Source of the DNA: an uncultured Methanosarcinaceae archaeon
GTDB lineage: Archaea; Halobacteriota; Methanosarcinia; Methanosarcinales; Methanosarcinaceae
DNA length: 64,000 bases
Assembly: GCA_963733675.1 (NCBI GenBank)
Contig: CAVTET010000012.1
Span: 160,001 to 224,000, forward strand
Reading direction: 5' to 3'
Shown here: one piece after another, positions 59,683 through 64,000 of the stretch
How the letters are laid out: each line of letters opens with the position of its first letter
How positions within the stretch are numbered: the first letter of the stretch is position 1
Position numbers and translations under genes: made by a program
Notes under the pieces: generated by a model
Told to the model about the DNA's origin: nothing
Databases searched by the model: none
Seen by the model: only the letters and a program-made list of their open reading frames with translations

Positions 59683-60030
59683 TCACTCCTTTTTCCAAAA
59701 ATCAGCAACTGTGACTTCGGCAATATAAGGAATATTCTTCAAGAAAATGCTTCCTACTCTCTCCATTTCATTTTTTACAATTGCTGCTACTTCATCCGCT
59801 TCTTCTGCCTTACACTCAAAAACTAACTTGTCATGCACAGAGTTAATTAATTTTATTTTTCTTGGCTCGAGTATTAAGAACAGATTACTCATTGTTATTT
59901 TAAGTATATCTGCACAAAGTCCCTGAACTGGAAGATTTTTATCTATATTCTTTATTTTATAATCTTCTTCTTTTTTATTGGGATCTCTTGTTTTACGTAT
60001 TCTTCCAGCAAGTGTCCGTAAGTTACTGAT
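59683..60030 (-). pseudogene. C-terminal fragment of a family A DNA polymerase
   Basis: LRTLAGRIR...NLPVQGLCADILK...LINSVHDKLVFE (motif C VHDE altered to VHDK)...W; frame is open upstream of the listed ATG. Confidence 0.8.
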
Positions 60031-60063
60031 TATATTTGAATAATGGACACTTCCAGATGCTCT

Positions 60064-60543
60064 CTATCTCTGCTGGTCAATCCCGATCTTCTCCAGGTAT
60101 ACTAGTTCAATTTGGTTGCTCAATGATTCTCGCTTGAACTCCTGGTATCCTAATTTATTATAAAGATAAAGGTTTTTAATGCTATGTGATCCGGTGAAGG
60201 GTTCAAATCGATCTACATCTCGGTGCATAATCTCAATCTCTGTCAGCAAATGGGCACCTAATCCTTGATTTTGCCATTTCGGGTGCACAACCAGCCTGCC
60301 GATATGACAAGTCGTGCCTATTGCGCGAGCCCGTACAGATCCTATAATTGAGTGCTTGCTAACAGCTTTGAGAAAGAGATGAGTACTGAACTCATTTTGT
60401 ATCTCTTCGACGGTCTGAAGTAAAAGGGATATGGTCCAGTCATTGTAAATCTGAGCTTCGCTCTCGTATGCCAACTTCTGAAGATCTAAGATTCCGATTG
60501 CATCCTCAGGGGTTGCCCTAAAACTTTCAATATGTTCAGCCAT
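60064..60543 (-). CDS. GNAT family N-acetyltransferase
   Basis: LQKLAYESEA..Y, IIGSVRA, IGRLVVHPKWQNQGLG, FTGSHS.KNL.LY.KLGY. Confidence 0.9.
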   Translation of the reverse strand: MAEHIESFRATPEDAIGILDLQKLAYESEAQIYNDWTISLLLQTVEEIQNEFSTHLFLKAVSKHSIIGSVRARAIGTTCHIGRLVVHPKWQNQGLGAHLLTEIEIMHRDVDRFEPFTGSHSIKNLYLYNKLGYQEFKRESLSNQIELVYLEKIGIDQQR

Positions 60544-60940
60544 GTTTTTTATCTGTTTAACTTTTCACCTATTATATAAAATATTAATTTAAACTACAGT
60601 TCTTATTGTATTCTATTTTGTAGCTCAAAAGCGTGAGTCCTGTAAATAAGATGCACCATTTTTTTGTCCTTGTAAATACACTCTTCTTTCCATATATATA
60701 TGAAATTTCGTAAACACTTATATCATGCCCGCTTTTCAAATGGAAAAATAAATTTCACTGTGAATTCAGTAATATATCTGATATAATCTAAAAAATATTT
60801 CAAAAGTTTATCAATCTACAGACATTCATTTTCTCTTTTGAAAGCTGCCGAGAACACAGAAAATGAGATATCCTAGGCTTTATAATGTTCGTTCCTATAT
60901 ACTTCTTATTAAAAGTGAGTCTCCCGTATTATATATTCTC

Positions 60941-61230
60941 ATTAGTTCCCAATTAGTCCCGCTATTTTCCCATTATATTCCCATTAGAAATAATATAAAA
61001 ACAATAACAAGGAACTTAAAATCATAAAAAAAAGGGGAATTATGTTCCCAAAATAAAAAAATGATATATGATTTTTTAAAATAATATCCTAAATATTAGA
61101 ATGTCAAAAAGTGAAATTTTCTATTTCTGTCTTGGATTTTTGGGATTTTGGGAATAAAATGTCAACTGACTACGTTTCAATGGGAATATGACGGGAATAT
61201 TTTGGGATAAATGGGAATAGTATGGGAATA
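60941..61230. promoter_or_regulatory. Putative replication origin of an integrated element: inverted arrays of TTCCC/GGGAA iterons around an AT-rich core
   Basis: (T)TCCC x4 at 60946-60982; GGGA(A) x5 at 61182-61228, spaced 9-11 bp. Confidence 0.6.
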
Positions 61231-61257
61231 AAAGAATCAGTTGCCTTTGTACCCTGA

Positions 61258-62530
61258 TCAAGTATCCTTCAGGAAGATAAACTCCTTATTAAATAGTGAC
61301 CAAAAATTGAACTTTGATTCATCTATACTGAACTTAATAGCCTTTCTCCCACTACTGCTTATTAGCGTTTCTCCATTTCTTTCATATTTTGTATCTGTTT
61401 CTTCTTCCATTTTTAATCCCTTAATCTTGTCAAGGAGTCCCCCAGCTTCTCTGTCTTTCCTACCAACTAAGGCTCGTTTCACGCTTTGATATTTAATACC
61501 TGTGTAGCTTGATATATCATTAATTGTGCATTTCCCTTTACTTGCTTTATATTGGACTATCTGCCTCTCATTTTCGTTCATTTTTGTTACTGTGTTCTCT
61601 TTTTGAGCTTCGAATAACCTTTTAGCTCTTTCGAAGTTTTCAAGCTCAGCTAGTAAATATCCGTCCCCGTCAAAGATTCTCTGCTTCCATTTGAAGGCAG
61701 CAAAACCGCGAATCATCAAGGAACATTGGGAATATACGTGAATTACTGGTGTCCTGTAGGCCTATCCTGTCCACAAAGGGTATTATGACCTTGAATAAAT
61801 TATTTTTAATTTCCCCATACATTCGTCTGCATATGAGTACTTCAATGTTTATCTCCTGCCCAGTTCCACCGCTCGCAGCCTCATGTTTCTGCACATCAAA
61901 TATCCTTTTTTTCTGTTCGGGACTACTGTCAGCATCAAAGGTAAGTTGACGATTAAGCAATTGATCAGATACAAAGCTTTCAACACTTGTTAAGTACCAA
62001 TTTATACGGGATGGAATTACCAAAGATATTTGTTTTTGATCTTTAACCGTTGTATAATAAGTTTCTTCCTGAAAGTTCGTTGTAGCTTGTTTTATTACTT
62101 CTTCGAATGCAGGTTCAGGATCCTTATCGTCCGAAAAAATGATGATACCAGGAGCTAAATTCATGTAGTAAGCAGCCTTCGCACTTAACCCGGTTACACG
62201 TTTCCATTTTTTAGGAATCAAATGTAAATGCGCTTTTACTCCATGTGATTTACCAGAGCCTGAAGTCCAATTTACTGATATCTGCAAACCTGCAGTATTA
62301 AGACAACACTGACAAGCTATTGATACGCATATTGCTTCTTGTGTATCCCGGTATCCGACATGCTTTTTTGCTATCGTGTTTAGGATAAAGTCTATAGGGT
62401 CACTTTCTCTTAATATCCTGTCTGCTTCTTCTTCTGCCTGCTGGATAAGTTCTGGGCTTAGGTCCATTTCATCATAGTTTATATTTAGGGGATTATCTTT
62501 TTTTGCTTCTGGCTCAATAAAATAAACTCT
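61258..62530 (-). pseudogene. Primase/helicase-like P-loop ATPase with C-terminal wHTH from an integrated virus/plasmid, frameshifted and N-truncated
   Basis: KKHVG, WTSGSGKSH (degenerate Walker A), LSAKAAYY, IIFSDD, QLLNR. Frameshift at FPMFLD/MIRG (~61715). C-terminal TINDISSYTGIKYQSVKRAL..GGLLDK. Confidence 0.7.
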
Positions 62531-62979
62531 AATTAATCTCGCAGTGAAATTATTCGTAAAATGGCTGAAGGTTAGTAAGCGCACGTGACTAATTTTGCCA
62601 CATATTTTGCTGTCTCCTTCGTGACAGAAATAGACTTTAACTTTGTTACTAAGATCTCCTTTATGGCTTTTTTTGGTCCTGTCACTTCAATTTATTTTTT
62701 ATTGCTCAAGGTCTACATCTGAGTCTGTTATAATAAATATATAAGTTCAAAAATATACTCACAAAAAACTACAAAATAGTTGAGTGGATAATATGCATAA
62801 TTTCGACTCCAGAGCTCTAAAATATTTTATTTCCTGGAGCCAATTGCAAAAAAAATGAACTAAACTCAATAATCATTCGAAGTATAGTAAATCGGAATTA
62901 CTGAGATTGCCTTATAGGCATGAATTGCATCCATCCATATAATCCTTTTCTACTAGAATTATCCTTAAATCTGATTTAT

Positions 62980-63240
62980 TTACCTGTACAGAACCACGAT
63001 CCTGCCGCGAACCTCTATCAGTGTTGATCTTGTGGCATATGCAATTTTTTCTGCAATAGCTTTCAAGTCTTTTCCTTCTTCAGCACTCTTCAGTACCCTT
63101 ACCTTCACAAGCTTTTTAGCTTTCATCTGCTTATTCAATTCTTCAATTAAAGTATCGGTTACCCCATTTTTTCCGATTTTTAGAATAGGGTCAATTAGGT
63201 TTGCTTCAGATTTCAATTGGTATAATTTTTTCTTCTCCAT
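62980..63240 (-). CDS. yhbY: YhbY/CRM-domain RNA-binding protein
   Basis: PILKIGKNGVT..LIEE...LVKV.VL...EVRGRIVVLYR; GAGG RBS before ATG 63240. Confidence 0.9.
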   Translation of the reverse strand: MEKKKLYQLKSEANLIDPILKIGKNGVTDTLIEELNKQMKAKKLVKVRVLKSAEEGKDLKAIAEKIAYATRSTLIEVRGRIVVLYR

Positions 63241-64000
63241 TGTCCTTCCTCGCACTGATAATGATAAAACTCCTACTACAACTATGAAATACTTCTATTT
63301 CTACCAACGAAAATTTTATAACTGCTAAGAAGAAACTATTTACTTCTGTAAGCTCTTTACCATTGAACCGTATTTTTCCTCTTTCTCATCAGTACCTTTA
63401 TTCAAACTTAATGCCACAATGTAGGTATATAAAACGATTTCTCTTTTTTCTCATCAGCATATATGTCAATGTTTACTGATAAACTTAGAAGCGATAAGAA
63501 AATATTCTTTTCAAAATATACATTAATTTTTCCCACCATCTTCTCCTAAAATTATGGCATTAAAGCACAAGATTCTATTTTGTATACTCTTGATATTTAT
63601 AACAATTTGCTATATAGTTGTGGTAATTTCCTTTGACAGAGCAATAGTTGCCTTTGGATATATACTTGACTTCTTCTTTCGGTTAACAATACTTTTTTAA
63701 CCTACCATCTTTCCTGCTGCTGTATGAACAATCTGCATTTGAGTACACCTTGCTAGCAATGATACTCTTTTTGTAATTCCTCCGTTGTGAAATCAATCGC
63801 AAAATGTTATATATTCGGAAAAACTCCAACCTATGAAGCAAGTTTATTTCCTTTTAATCAGATTTTTTTCTACTATGTTTCATTAGCCTTTTATTTTAAA
63901 GATAGCTTCAGCTAGTTTTGAAATACTTCTTTTGTTTTCAGTGTTGTCAAAAGATAGAGATTATTAAAAAAGCTGTACATAAAATCTCCATATTAACTCT

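Noticed and set aside
62780-62845. TTCGACTCC and CTCCAG/CTGGAG suggesting a tRNA fragment or att site at the element boundary
   Set aside because: No cloverleaf can be built and there is no matching repeat elsewhere in the window.

Overview
Chromosomal segment of a methanogenic archaeon, most likely Methanosarcina (mer, nrpRII, rps3ae, rfcL, pantoate kinase/phosphopantothenate synthetase/coaBC, DUF2551). Intact core genes are separated by long AT-rich gaps full of decaying sequence. The decay includes pseudogenes (GH13 glucan-active enzyme, sedolisin/kumamolisin, ThiF/MoeB, DUF1638, YVTN surface protein, frameshifted nadA), two decayed tRNA genes beside two intact ones (Gln-CTG, Val-CAC), and relics of IS5, IS66, IS200/IS605 and a MITE. 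There are three IS6 copies. Main findings: (1) a derived IS6 variant with ~77-bp extended inverted ends whose two ends co-vary within each copy; (2) an intact, GC-rich bacterial-type NAD(P)-dependent formate dehydrogenase; (3) a relic integrated replicon with a primase/helicase-like ATPase, helically phased inverted iteron arrays and a family-A DNA polymerase fragment; (4) a JAMM deubiquitinase-like domain fused to pentapeptide repeats; (5) a ~75-bp promoter module shared by distant loci and tandemly amplified at one; (6) a tnpB right end that supplies the pheT stop codon; (7) three otherwise intact genes with non-canonical start codons. All calls come from reading the sequence by eye and from recalled family motifs; no database searches were run.
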